From IMG/VR virus record IMGVR_UViG_3300036770_001519, positions 3,671-67,670 of that record: a DNA stretch of 64,000 nt; one strand, 5' to 3'. Origin of the DNA: a virus. Of the stretch, positions 1 to 8,418 are shown piece by piece. Made by a program: the position numbers and the translations under genes. Numbering within the stretch: position 1 is the first letter of the stretch; the number at the start of each line of letters is the position of its first letter. The notes under the pieces are model-generated. The model saw nothing but the letters and a program-made list of their open reading frames with translations. It made no database searches and was not told where the DNA came from.

Positions 1-639
1 CTAAGCACCGCTGGTCTTCTAGACCCCAAGATGATTGAGGTAATGATCGAAGCCAGCAAGGATACAGCAAACTATACAGACGGTCTTCTGGACGTACAGA
101 AGCTATTCCTGTGGGCAGGAGATTCTCCAGAAAGAATCGAAGCCATCAACAGAATGGGTGCCTACATCAATACCACAAGCCGTCAGACAAACACAGATCC
201 AACCCTGCTGGATCTACGAATCAACCAATCAGCCTATGCCAAGGCATTTGGCGTATTCATGCAGTTCCTACTCAGCCACTCTGTACAGGAGATCGGACGT
301 AGACGCAGATACTCCACTGCCAACTACGGTAAGCACCTAGCTGGCATAATGATCATGGAAGCCCTTACCTACAGTCTAGCCCGTCAGAAGGAAGACGATA
401 AGTGGATATGGGAAGAAGCCCAGGAAAAGCCAATAGACGTAACCCTACGTCTAATGACTGGTATGCCAATGCTTGGCTCCTACCAATACCTAGGCAGTCT
501 TATTCGCCAAATCCTACAGGGAGGATATAACGTAATGCAAGGAGATGAATTTGGTAGAGTACGTCTACCCGATCTCTTCTCTGCACCAGCTGAGAACATT
601 CCTAACAAGGGTTGGGAAGTATTCAGAGACATGTTATAA
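1..639 (+). CDS. C-terminal fragment of a large internal virion (gp16-like) protein, 5'-truncated by the window
   Basis: Frame is open from base 1 (LSTAGLLDPK-MIEV...) to TAA at 637-639. Helical with hydrophobic segments, and last gene before the non-coding region. May be the end of the ORF starting at 55395 if the contig is circularly permuted (inference). Confidence 0.55.
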   Translation, partial: LSTAGLLDPKMIEVMIEASKDTANYTDGLLDVQKLFLWAGDSPERIEAINRMGAYINTTSRQTNTDPTLLDLRINQSAYAKAFGVFMQFLLSHSVQEIGRRRRYSTANYGKHLAGIMIMEALTYSLARQKEDDKWIWEEAQEKPIDVTLRLMTGMPMLGSYQYLGSLIRQILQGGYNVMQGDEFGRVRLPDLFSAPAENIPNKGWEVFRDML

Positions 640-716
640 GCTCATTAGAGCCATTCCTACAGGTTCCCCCTACCCTCGGGTGGGGGAATCTTAGGATAGT
701 CTCTAATAGCCTTATA
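635..716 (+). terminator. Long imperfect stem-loop after the last late gene
   Basis: Nested pairs TATAAG/CTTATA, ATTAGAG/CTCTAAT, TCCTA/TAGGA and AGGTTCCCCC/GGGGGAATCT. Confidence 0.55.
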
Positions 717-816
717 GGAGGTATTTCAATGTGGTTGTTCATACCCCCAAGGTATCGCATCCTGTGTAAGATTCATTATTGTGTGTATTGCATATTCATG
801 CATAATCCCGTCTAGT

Positions 817-832
817 AGGAGACGTATCGTAG
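817..832 (+). promoter_or_regulatory. Repeated motif AGGAGACGTATCGTAG, copy 1 (candidate phage RNAP promoter)
   Basis: Identical 16-mer at 817, 8832 and 23853, same strand, all at or near gene boundaries. Confidence 0.55.
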
Positions 833-1082
833 GAAAGAACAGAAAAGTTTGATCCTGCGGTCGATGGTAAAGACCTAAAATAACAGCAAGCTGTCTTATT
901 AGGGGACAGCTAGCGAAAGATATATAAACATAAACCCCTACAGGAAAGGGGCTAAGGGGCGACCCTACGTTTATAAGCTAGCTATAAGCATTTCACTTTG
1001 GGGTTTGCGTTGGGACAACGCCCGATAGCCTCAGAGTTATCCCTGGGGACATACCCCCGTCTGTATCCTGGGGACCATCTAT

Positions 1083-1113
1083 CCCGCTTCCCCCTAACGG
1101 GGGAGGTGGGGTT
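1083..1113 (+). terminator. Intrinsic terminator-like hairpin
   Basis: CCCGCTTCCCC-TAAC-GGGGGAGGTGGG followed by GTTTC and an AT-rich tract. Confidence 0.4.
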
Positions 1114-1409
1114 TCATATACAAAATAGAAAATAAACTTCCAGATGTAAGAACTTTGGAAGGGGTGTAAAGGTTTTAGGGGTCGGGAATTTACGAGGGGT
1201 ACCCCCTTAATCCCCCGATGTGGCGTTACCCCCCGTACCCCCTGCTGTGAACGGCGAGATACGGACCTGCGTATCCGTGTCTTTGCAGGCATCGTTGGGA
1301 ATCGTCGTGGCGTAGCCTACCTTCGGAGGGACATAGTACCTTCGCCATGGTGGTGAGGGGACCGCGGAGGGTCGTTTACCCTGCCAAGTTTCTTCGGAGT
1401 GTATCGACA

Positions 1410-1772
1410 ATGAATACCATGACAAAGTCTGGCGTGTGTGTCTTCCAGTCTCTCGACTCGCAGATTCGCAAGGCGTGGGACCGTGCGCCGAAGAGTTACG
1501 TTCTGTCGGGAGCGGTTCACGCTCAGAGTGTGCGGGCGTTCGTCACGGGTGATCCGCTCGATCTTTCGAACGGACGACAGGCGACTCTGTTGCAGATTCT
1601 CGCCGCGATGAACGGCATCGACCTGTCCAACGTGTGCTTCCGCTCCTCGCCTTTCGTTGCGGAAGTCATGGAGACTTTCCAGTCGAAGTACCCTGAGTAC
1701 TTTCCCGCGACTGTCCGCACGGCTGCTGTCAAGTCTGCGAAGCGTAACATCGACCTTGCGGATATCCTCTGA
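1410..1772 (+). CDS. First early protein, hypothetical
   Basis: GGAG at ~1396, ATG at 1410, in frame with ORF 1347-1772. Confidence 0.65.
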   Translation: MNTMTKSGVCVFQSLDSQIRKAWDRAPKSYVLSGAVHAQSVRAFVTGDPLDLSNGRQATLLQILAAMNGIDLSNVCFRSSPFVAEVMETFQSKYPEYFPATVRTAAVKSAKRNIDLADIL

Positions 1773-1869
1773 GTATCCGCACGGGATCGACGGAGCAAAG
1801 TGTGTGGGCATGATCGACCATGCCCATACTCTGTGAATCGTCAATCGCAAACCTTACGGAGCGTGTACC

Positions 1870-2055
1870 ATGAAGGTATCGAAGGAAACTGTCAAGGCGG
1901 CTCTATCGTTCGCCCTTGCACACAACAGTGTGGCATCGTGGAATCGGTACTACGATCTCGCCCACAAGTATTGTGAGGGCAAGGTATCCCGCAAGGATAT
2001 CGAAGCCGCAGTCTACGCGAAGTACTTTCGCGGCGCGGTTTCGCCCGTCAAGTGA
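1870..2055 (+). CDS. Hypothetical early protein
   Basis: GGAG RBS upstream; 61 aa ORF. Confidence 0.65.
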   Translation: MKVSKETVKAALSFALAHNSVASWNRYYDLAHKYCEGKVSRKDIEAAVYAKYFRGAVSPVK

Positions 2056-2212
2056 CGGGATAGACGTGCCTTGATGATTCTATGCAGGGCACGTCTGTTC
2101 ACCCACTTGGAGGATGTTTCTTGAAGAAGTCAACGGAGAATGTCGCAGTCGTTGTGATTTGGGTTTGCGCGATCATTGTCGCCATTGTGTTGGTTTGACC
2201 AACGGAGAACAA

Positions 2213-2380
2213 GTGAAGCATCGCAAGTATCGCTCGCAAGGTGTCCAGTCTCAGTCTTTCGCGGCGTGGGCAAAGGCAAACAATCGCACGCTTGTCAATG
2301 GCAAGTATGTGCGTGCCGAAGAGTCTGAGAAGAAAAAGAAGCCGAACAATCCGAAGGTGTCGGTGGAGGTGTCGCTGTGA
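2213..2380 (+). CDS. Small basic hypothetical early protein
   Basis: GGAG RBS then GTG at 2213; stop overlaps the next start (GTGA). Confidence 0.5.
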   Translation: MKHRKYRSQGVQSQSFAAWAKANNRTLVNGKYVRAEESEKKKKPNNPKVSVEVSL

Positions 2381-2697
2381 ACTATCCGCCCAACATCAAT
2401 CGGGTGCTCGATGTCCTGCGGAATGTTCCCGCAGGAAGTGACCTGCTCATCCGTGTCAAGCGGGAAGTTGGACAGCAGTATGTCGGAAAGGGTATGTACC
2501 ATACTCTATTCGAAACGCTGCATGAGTGTCGAGTCTCTTGCGACGATGCGATGGACGTGATGAATCAGGTCGCAACTGTCTTCGGAGGTAACGGGCATGA
2601 TATGCTCGTCAACTATCGGAAGATGGATTGGAATCCTGCGCTCGTGATGATTGACGCGCAAGGTAATGACTGGGTAGTGTCTGTTGACGAAGAGTGA
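2377..2697 (+). CDS. Hypothetical early protein
   Basis: GGAGGT RBS; start overlaps the previous stop. Confidence 0.65.
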   Translation: MNYPPNINRVLDVLRNVPAGSDLLIRVKREVGQQYVGKGMYHTLFETLHECRVSCDDAMDVMNQVATVFGGNGHDMLVNYRKMDWNPALVMIDAQGNDWVVSVDEE

Positions 2698-2814
2698 CAA
2701 GCCAATCAACCGCAAGCAACCGTACCTAGGCGGTATATAAGTAGGGTACAACTGTCAGATTGTTGGTATCCGTGGGTGAAATATCCCACGGATATCTTTG
2801 GCAGATGGGTTTGT
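2697..2814 (+). ncRNA. Candidate structured intergenic RNA (multibranch)
   Basis: Closing stem ACAAGCCAATC/GATGGGTTTGT encloses GTACCTA/TAGGGTAC and CTGTCAGA/TTTGGCAG; the latter contains GGTATCCGTGGG/CCCACGGATATC. Confidence 0.4.
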
Positions 2815-2942
2815 ACATAAGGTAGCCTAGCATGATAAAGCGTCATGCCATGCCCTGCTTGCTTGGCAGTGCTTATGTATTATACGGTTCGACTCCGTAT
2901 ACTGTCTTTCCCAACGCGGCTATGCCGCAGGAGTGTGACACA

Positions 2943-3197
2943 ATGAGTGTGAATGACTTCTGGCTTGACAAGATTGAGGCTGCTATGAACCTCCTTGCTG
3001 CAAAGAGTGCAGAGTTGCGAGAAGAGAACAGGGAACTGTTGCTCTATGTGAAGGGTCTTGAGGAGGCGAATAATCTTCTCGTTTCGCAACGTGACGAAGC
3101 GCGTAGTATGTATTGCCACGCCGTTAGTGGCGGTACTGTGACTCCCGCAAAGATTGCTCACCAGAATGGGTGGGATTGTTTCAACACGGAGGTGTGA
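2943..3197 (+). CDS. Coiled-coil hypothetical early protein
   Basis: AGGAG RBS, ATG 2943, heptad-like region. Confidence 0.65.
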   Translation: MSVNDFWLDKIEAAMNLLAAKSAELREENRELLLYVKGLEEANNLLVSQRDEARSMYCHAVSGGTVTPAKIAHQNGWDCFNTEV

Positions 3198-3198
3198 C

Positions 3199-3612
3199 AT
3201 GAAGACTCTGTACCTGATTCGCGGTGTTCCAGGAAGTGGCAAGTCAACTCTTGCTCAGAAGATGTGCTCTGAGTTGAACATCGACTTCTATGAGGCAGAT
3301 ATGTGGATGAACGATGTTGATGGAAACTATAAGTTCGATCCAACTCGTCTCTCTTTCTGCCACCAGAAGTGTCAGCAAGAAGTTTGTTGGCAAATGATGC
3401 GTGGCAACAGCGTCATTGTGTCCAACACTTTCATCAAGAAGTGGGAGGCAGATGTCTACTACACTCTTGCAAAGGTGTGGGGATACGATGTAAAAGTGAT
3501 TCTGTGCGAGGGTAACTACGCCAATGTGCATGGTGTCCCGCAGGATCGTGTGAATATCATGCGGTCAAACATGGAACCGTATGAGAACCAGACAATCTAT
3601 GTCGGACAATAA
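3199..3612 (+). CDS. P-loop (AAA_33 / polynucleotide-kinase-like) kinase
   Basis: MKTLYLIRGVPGSGKST Walker A; EAD, VIVSNTF and NVHGVP motifs; GGAGGT RBS. Confidence 0.85.
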   Translation: MKTLYLIRGVPGSGKSTLAQKMCSELNIDFYEADMWMNDVDGNYKFDPTRLSFCHQKCQQEVCWQMMRGNSVIVSNTFIKKWEADVYYTLAKVWGYDVKVILCEGNYANVHGVPQDRVNIMRSNMEPYENQTIYVGQ

Positions 3613-3752
3613 GTCCTCAGGTGTACCCTAGGTACTATACCTCGACATCAGTCGAATACGGGGCAATCCGACACTGTGTTGACCGAGCAGTACTATCGGT
3701 CCCTTATAAGATGCACCGTTGTGTAGACGGTGTGCCTTTACGGAGGTGTGCC

Positions 3753-4022
3753 ATGAACTACGTCTACCTGTCAATCTACCGCCAAGAGGGCGGTGAGATG
3801 TATCTGTTGAAGGCTGTGCGTGTGATGGAAGACAATGATGTTTCCATTGCAGAGTGGGTGCTCAGGTATCTCGACACCAACTATATCCGCACGGTTTCCC
3901 TCATGGGTAACGTGAACTGGATAGATAACGGAAGATACATTTCGTTCTGTATCTCTACCGAGGTTGTCACGGTTAGGGATTGTGATGATGAACTGTTGAT
4001 CTGTGCCGAAGGAGAGGTGTGA
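3753..4022 (+). CDS. Hypothetical protein, paralog A
   Basis: GGAGGT RBS; 89 aa; clearly homologous to 4212-4481. Confidence 0.75.
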   Translation: MNYVYLSIYRQEGGEMYLLKAVRVMEDNDVSIAEWVLRYLDTNYIRTVSLMGNVNWIDNGRYISFCISTEVVTVRDCDDELLICAEGEV

Positions 4023-4023
4023 C

Positions 4024-4215
4024 ATGGCAAAGTTTTCTGCGTATAACAAAATGATTAAGACTCTTCTTTGGGTTGGTGTGATTCTGTTTAGTCCAGCCGT
4101 GGTATATGCTGGCTTCATGTATCTTCTTCAAGACTATGTGAGTCCAGTAATTCTTGCTGCTGTTCTTGGTCTTGATCGTAGTCTGTCTTTCTTCTTCAAG
4201 GAAACAAAGCGATGA
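4024..4215 (+). CDS. Small membrane protein
   Basis: Two hydrophobic segments; GAGG RBS. Confidence 0.6.
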   Translation: MAKFSAYNKMIKTLLWVGVILFSPAVVYAGFMYLLQDYVSPVILAAVLGLDRSLSFFFKETKR

Positions 4216-4481
4216 ACCGTATGTACCTGACTGTGTACCGCGAGATTGAAGGTGAGATGGTGATGTTGGAATCACGTCTAATCCCATCGGATATAGTTGT
4301 GTGTGATGCACACTGGGTGCTGGACTATCTTGACCGCACCTATATCCGCACTGTGTCCTTTGCGGGAAACATCAACTGGCAAATCAATGGACGGTATATC
4401 GCGTTCACTGTCAGTCCTGAGGTTGTCACGGTGCGTGACTGTGACGATGACCTGCTAATCTGTGCCGAAGGAGAGGTGTGA
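4212..4481 (+). CDS. Hypothetical protein, paralog B
   Basis: 89 aa; shares YIRTVS..GN.NW..NGRYI.F..S.EVVTVRDCDD.LLICAEGEV with paralog A. Confidence 0.75.
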   Translation: MNRMYLTVYREIEGEMVMLESRLIPSDIVVCDAHWVLDYLDRTYIRTVSFAGNINWQINGRYIAFTVSPEVVTVRDCDDDLLICAEGEV

Positions 4482-4482
4482 C

Positions 4483-4791
4483 ATGCGAGTTGTGGAACAC
4501 AAGATGTTGAACGCAATCAAGTCCCGCAAGTCTATGCGGTGCGACAATACCGAGGTTGTCACGTTCGGGGATGTGTCTGAGGTGTACCTGCATGGCAATA
4601 AGGTTGCGGAGATCTCTCCCAACTATGTGTATGTGCAGGATTGTGGCTGGCAAACTGTCACCACTAAGTCACGTATCAACGCTATCCTGCGTTCATACAA
4701 CCTTGGCAATGTGTCCGCAAAGAAGTTTCAGTGGTATGTCAACGGTGCCAAGTGGCACGGGTCTTTCCTTGGAGAACTGAACAATGCTTAG
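4483..4791 (+). CDS. Conserved phage hypothetical protein
   Basis: VYLHGNK.A and GWQT.TTKSR.NA.L motifs, which I recognise from aquatic phage proteins. Confidence 0.75.
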   Translation: MRVVEHKMLNAIKSRKSMRCDNTEVVTFGDVSEVYLHGNKVAEISPNYVYVQDCGWQTVTTKSRINAILRSYNLGNVSAKKFQWYVNGAKWHGSFLGELNNA

Positions 4792-4972
4792 GGTGACTGT
4801 GTCTGGCAAGGAATCTGAGCATGCTACGGATGACGATTGTGTGTCGTACATTGAATCAATTCTAGACGCAGACGAAGGTCTGCAACTCGACAGTATTGTA
4901 CACAAGGAGTATCTTGTCAGTGTGTACCGAACTACAAAGGGACGAACCATCACCGTCACGCATGTGCCATGA
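4784..4972 (+). CDS. Hypothetical protein
   Basis: GGAG RBS; overlaps both neighbours. Confidence 0.55.
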   Translation: MLRVTVSGKESEHATDDDCVSYIESILDADEGLQLDSIVHKEYLVSVYRTTKGRTITVTHVP

Positions 4973-5168
4973 TTGTGGTGGAACTATAGCCGAAGCACGG
5001 CTTGACTTGTTTCCTCACACGGAATGGTGTGTAAACTGTGCCGACAAGCATACGCCACGGCGTGTGTGTCGGGTTATCTATCCGCACAAGACTGGCGGCG
5101 AGTTGTTTGTTGCCGAAGGTGACGAGAATATTCGTCGCCTTGATAATGAATACAAACGAAAGCGATAA
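4962..5168 (+). CDS. DksA/TraR-type C4 zinc-finger protein
   Basis: CHDCGGTIAEARLDLFPHTEWCVNC matches the C-x2-C-G..I...RL...P....C-x2-C signature. Confidence 0.8.
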   Translation: MCHDCGGTIAEARLDLFPHTEWCVNCADKHTPRRVCRVIYPHKTGGELFVAEGDENIRRLDNEYKRKR

Positions 5169-5170
5169 CT

Positions 5171-5560
5171 ATGCTTGGAATGATTGCTGCATGTGTGATG
5201 ATGGTTCCTCCTCCGCAGGGTACCGATGTCGATGGTATACTGCGAGCCATTGCCAAGGTAGAATCCAACCATAAGGATTCTGCCGTAGGTGACAATGGCA
5301 AGGCTATTGGACGGTATCAAATCCATAAGGTGTACTGGCAGGATGCAGTTAAGTATGATCCATCTATCGGTGGATCCTATAAGGACTGCACCGATCCCGT
5401 CTATGCACGGAAGATTGTGATTGCATATCTCAGCAGGTATGCACCGAACTGGAACATCGAAACCGTAGCAGGTATCCACAATGGAGGACCGAAGGGGTAT
5501 CTCCGTACCGCTACCAAGAACTATCGCCGCAAGGTGATGAAGGAGTACAATGTCAACTGA
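5171..5560 (+). CDS. Lysozyme-fold muramidase, invertebrate-type (destabilase)-like; candidate endolysin
   Basis: AIAKVES, G.YQIH..YWQDA, Y.DC.D..YA, YL.RYA and AGIHNGGP.G motifs; short hydrophobic N-terminus. Confidence 0.75.
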   Translation: MLGMIAACVMMVPPPQGTDVDGILRAIAKVESNHKDSAVGDNGKAIGRYQIHKVYWQDAVKYDPSIGGSYKDCTDPVYARKIVIAYLSRYAPNWNIETVAGIHNGGPKGYLRTATKNYRRKVMKEYNVN

Positions 5561-5876
5561 CAAGATGACCGTCCATAACAGCACGTACTACTCGTTCTCC
5601 TTTATGTGGGGTGAACTGTATTGCTTCGCTGGTTTCTATCGAACGTGTTCCCTTTCTCTCAAGGAGTTCGATGTTGTTCGTCACGATGAATCTCCTACCC
5701 ATTGGGCTGAGATTCGTATGTATCGTGGTGGAGAAAAGGTCAACGAACTGGAGAAGGTGGGTATCACGTATGATGATTACCTCGACCTGCTCTCTCTCAT
5801 GTATGACTCGGATGTTACCGTGTTCATCGAACGTTTCAAGACTATTATTCAGGAGGTTGCCAATGGATCTGTCTGA
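5550..5876 (+). CDS. Hypothetical protein
   Basis: AAGGAG RBS; 108 aa ORF. Confidence 0.65.
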   Translation: MSTDKMTVHNSTYYSFSFMWGELYCFAGFYRTCSLSLKEFDVVRHDESPTHWAEIRMYRGGEKVNELEKVGITYDDYLDLLSLMYDSDVTVFIERFKTIIQEVANGSV

Positions 5877-5994
5877 CATCGACATCGACTACATTCTGTT
5901 CCGTCTGGAGAATGACTACCCGAGTGGGTATGACTACAAGATTCTCCGTGCTGCTGCCGAAGTAATCAAGTTCTATCGGGACAACAATGACTAA
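5863..5994 (+). CDS. Small hypothetical protein
   Basis: AGGAGG RBS; ATG 5863. Confidence 0.55.
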   Translation: MDLSDIDIDYILFRLENDYPSGYDYKILRAAAEVIKFYRDNND

Positions 5995-6134
5995 GCAATA
6001 CTACCTGAAGTGTACCATCGTAATCGACGTGTTCGATGATGAGTGTGTGGAGGAAGTGGCTGATGTTGTTAGCCGCGATGTTGCCGAGTGTCTTGGTCTG
6101 CCTGTCATCCTTGACGATATTGAGGAGAACACCG

Positions 6135-6275
6135 ATGAAGTATGAGATTGTGATTGACTCTGGTTGGTACAATGTACACGTTGACAACAACTTTGTCGAT
6201 GGTTTCATGGAGTATGACGATGCTCTGTCTTATGTCACCTGGCTGAAGGGAGGTACGTGTGAACCTTCTGTCTGA
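6135..6275 (+). CDS. Small hypothetical protein
   Basis: GAGGAG RBS; ATG 6135. Confidence 0.5.
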   Translation: MKYEIVIDSGWYNVHVDNNFVDGFMEYDDALSYVTWLKGGTCEPSV

Positions 6276-6359
6276 ACTGTATCTTCAGGCTGGTGTCATT
6301 GCCATCTTGATTCTTGCGTGTGTGTTTGTCATCGCCTACTATGTGGGACGGAGGTCCAA

Positions 6360-6698
6360 GTGAACGGCTGGTCCAACTATGAGACGTGGAATGTCATCCT
6401 GTGGTTGCAGAATGACGAGTCTTTGTGGCATGAGTTTCGGTCTGCCTGTCGCCCGTTTATTCGGGCGGGTATGCTGAAGGATGATCTTATCTACTGTGCG
6501 AAGGTGTCGTTCATCCGTATGTACGGAACACCTATCACTCCCGATGGTATCTCGTTGAACTCCAATGAGATCAACTGGCGTGAGATCTATGATGCATCGC
6601 TTGAGTGGTTCGATGTTACCGAACCTACGGACGATGTCGTTTCCATCTATGAGGAGTGGGAGAACAGCGATTCTTTCGGAAGGAATATGCATGACTGA
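6360..6698 (+). CDS. Conserved phage hypothetical protein (NGW.NYETW family)
   Basis: GGAGG RBS, GTG 6360; NGWSNYETWNV.LWLQNDE and TPDGI motifs. Confidence 0.75.
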   Translation: MNGWSNYETWNVILWLQNDESLWHEFRSACRPFIRAGMLKDDLIYCAKVSFIRMYGTPITPDGISLNSNEINWREIYDASLEWFDVTEPTDDVVSIYEEWENSDSFGRNMHD

Positions 6699-6864
6699 GT
6701 ATGAGATGAAGTTGCGGCAGATGGACTGGTGGTATCAGTACTCTGATGATGGTCGTGTATGGCGACAGGGTAATGAGGACTATAAGATTCTGGAACAACT
6801 TCAGAAGAGTGTTGATCCAGATAGGATTCTTTGGAACAAGTACTGCCCTTGGGGCAAGGAGTGA
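6691..6864 (+). CDS. Conserved phage hypothetical protein (DW.Y.YSDD family)
   Basis: DWWYQYSDDGRVW motif; AAGGA RBS. Confidence 0.7.
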   Translation: MTEYEMKLRQMDWWYQYSDDGRVWRQGNEDYKILEQLQKSVDPDRILWNKYCPWGKE

Positions 6865-6866
6865 AC

Positions 6867-7259
6867 ATGAATATTGAGACTGCTTTGTGTGAGTTTGTCG
6901 ATGCCCGTATTGCACACCACAATACCGACAAGATTGAGGAGGTCGTTGAGTCCAAGACTGAGGAGTGCATCTCAAACTGGTGCGATCAAAATGCATCGGA
7001 TGAACTTCGGTACTGGTGTGACAACAGCGGAGAGTCTGCCATCACTGATTGGATGGACAACAATGGATCGTATTATCTCCGAGACTGGTGTCGGGATAAT
7101 GTCCACGATATTGTGCGTGACTTTATCGAAGACAGTGATATCTTTGTCTCTGAGATCAAGGCTTATCTCTCGTCTTCTGAGGGACGCAAGTTGATTCTTG
7201 GTACAGTTGCAGACGCTATTAAGAAGGAGGCTGCTAGTGAACAAGCAAGTTCTGTCTAA
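6867..7259 (+). CDS. Acidic helical protein with 12-residue Trp repeats
   Basis: AAGGAG RBS; ISNWCDQN / LRYWCDNS / ITDWMDNN / LRDWCRDN periodicity. Confidence 0.7.
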   Translation: MNIETALCEFVDARIAHHNTDKIEEVVESKTEECISNWCDQNASDELRYWCDNSGESAITDWMDNNGSYYLRDWCRDNVHDIVRDFIEDSDIFVSEIKAYLSSSEGRKLILGTVADAIKKEAASEQASSV

Positions 7260-7587
7260 GTTCTGCGATGTGTTGGAAAGCGAAACGTATTCGCAGACTA
7301 CGGAAGCACTCGCACAGGACGGATGCTTCTGTGCAATGGGTGTGCTGTGTGACATGTACATCAAGGAAGTAAATCCAAACTGCTCTTGGAGAAAGGTACG
7401 TCCTAGCGATAGTCACAAGGCTTTCGTGGACGAGACTGGTTTTGAGTATCTTGAGCCGCCATCCGATGTGCTTGAGTGGGCTGGTCTTGATAAGAAGTAC
7501 ATGAACAAGATCATTGATTGGAATGATACTAGTCAGCTTTCGTTTGACGAGATTGCATACTATATCCGAGAGGACTTTGGACTTTGA
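7237..7587 (+). CDS. Conserved phage hypothetical protein
   Basis: AAGGAGG RBS, GTG 7237; Y.Q...L....FC..GVLCD and ND...SF.EIA motifs. Confidence 0.75.
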   Translation: MNKQVLSKFCDVLESETYSQTTEALAQDGCFCAMGVLCDMYIKEVNPNCSWRKVRPSDSHKAFVDETGFEYLEPPSDVLEWAGLDKKYMNKIIDWNDTSQLSFDEIAYYIREDFGL

Positions 7588-7826
7588 TTACATTTCCATT
7601 CGCGTTCGACGTTAGCCTGTATGGCACGGACTATTCGTTCTTCGGTCTGTGCACTGCAATCGAAGACAACTACTCGTCTTCAATCATTGATGTATACTTC
7701 GTTGATCTTGTCATCGTTGATGTCGATGGCAACGATGTCTACCGCAAGTGTCGTGGAGAGGATGGCAGTCCCTTCCATGAGGCTGTTGCAAAGCACCATC
7801 TAATTAAGGAATACTATGGGTCTTGA
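7584..7826 (+). CDS. Hypothetical protein
   Basis: Start overlaps the previous stop; fills the gap between genes. Confidence 0.55.
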   Translation: MITFPFAFDVSLYGTDYSFFGLCTAIEDNYSSSIIDVYFVDLVIVDVDGNDVYRKCRGEDGSPFHEAVAKHHLIKEYYGS

Positions 7827-8199
7827 TAGTTTCGCTGTGTATGGCAAGGGTCACGACTGTTACATGGAACATGGTGACAACTCAATGCCAGACAATATCT
7901 TCCATCATGTTCCTCTTGTTGGAAGCATGATGACAAGTGGATGTTCGTCTTTCCGTGGCAAGGTGTACGATCAGTATGTCACCTGGGTTACCGATCAGAC
8001 TTTGTATGAGGAGTTCATTGACTCTGATGATGTCAGGGTAATGGCTATCAAGCTGTCTCAGATTACTCCAAACGACTTTGACTTGTTTGTTTCCGAGACT
8101 GGTAATACATATCAGTTGAAGTACATGGATGCTGTCATGCTTGGTGAGTGGTTCGAAGTTCTTGCAGATAACAATGGCTCTCTTGTGGGGTGGTGGTAA
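7816..8199 (+). CDS. Conserved phage hypothetical protein (MGLD...GWW)
   Basis: MGLD start, SFRGKVY, GWW end. Confidence 0.7.
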   Translation: MGLDSFAVYGKGHDCYMEHGDNSMPDNIFHHVPLVGSMMTSGCSSFRGKVYDQYVTWVTDQTLYEEFIDSDDVRVMAIKLSQITPNDFDLFVSETGNTYQLKYMDAVMLGEWFEVLADNNGSLVGWW

Positions 8200-8418
8200 A
8201 TGGATAAGTATACTAACGAACGTCCCGTAATCTTTAACAAGGATCTTCTTCGTGAGCAGTGTGACGTACTCTATGCTATGTCTCTTGATGCACACGATGC
8301 ACAGGATAATGAGCGGTATCGTCTTCTTATGGGTGTTACCAACCTGCTGTATATGCTTGAGTGTGACTACTACAAGGTCACGGAGTCAGATGCATACGGC
8401 AACACAGGAATCTACTGA
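8200..8418 (+). CDS. Hypothetical protein
   Basis: Abuts both neighbours. Confidence 0.6.
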   Translation: MDKYTNERPVIFNKDLLREQCDVLYAMSLDAHDAQDNERYRLLMGVTNLLYMLECDYYKVTESDAYGNTGIY

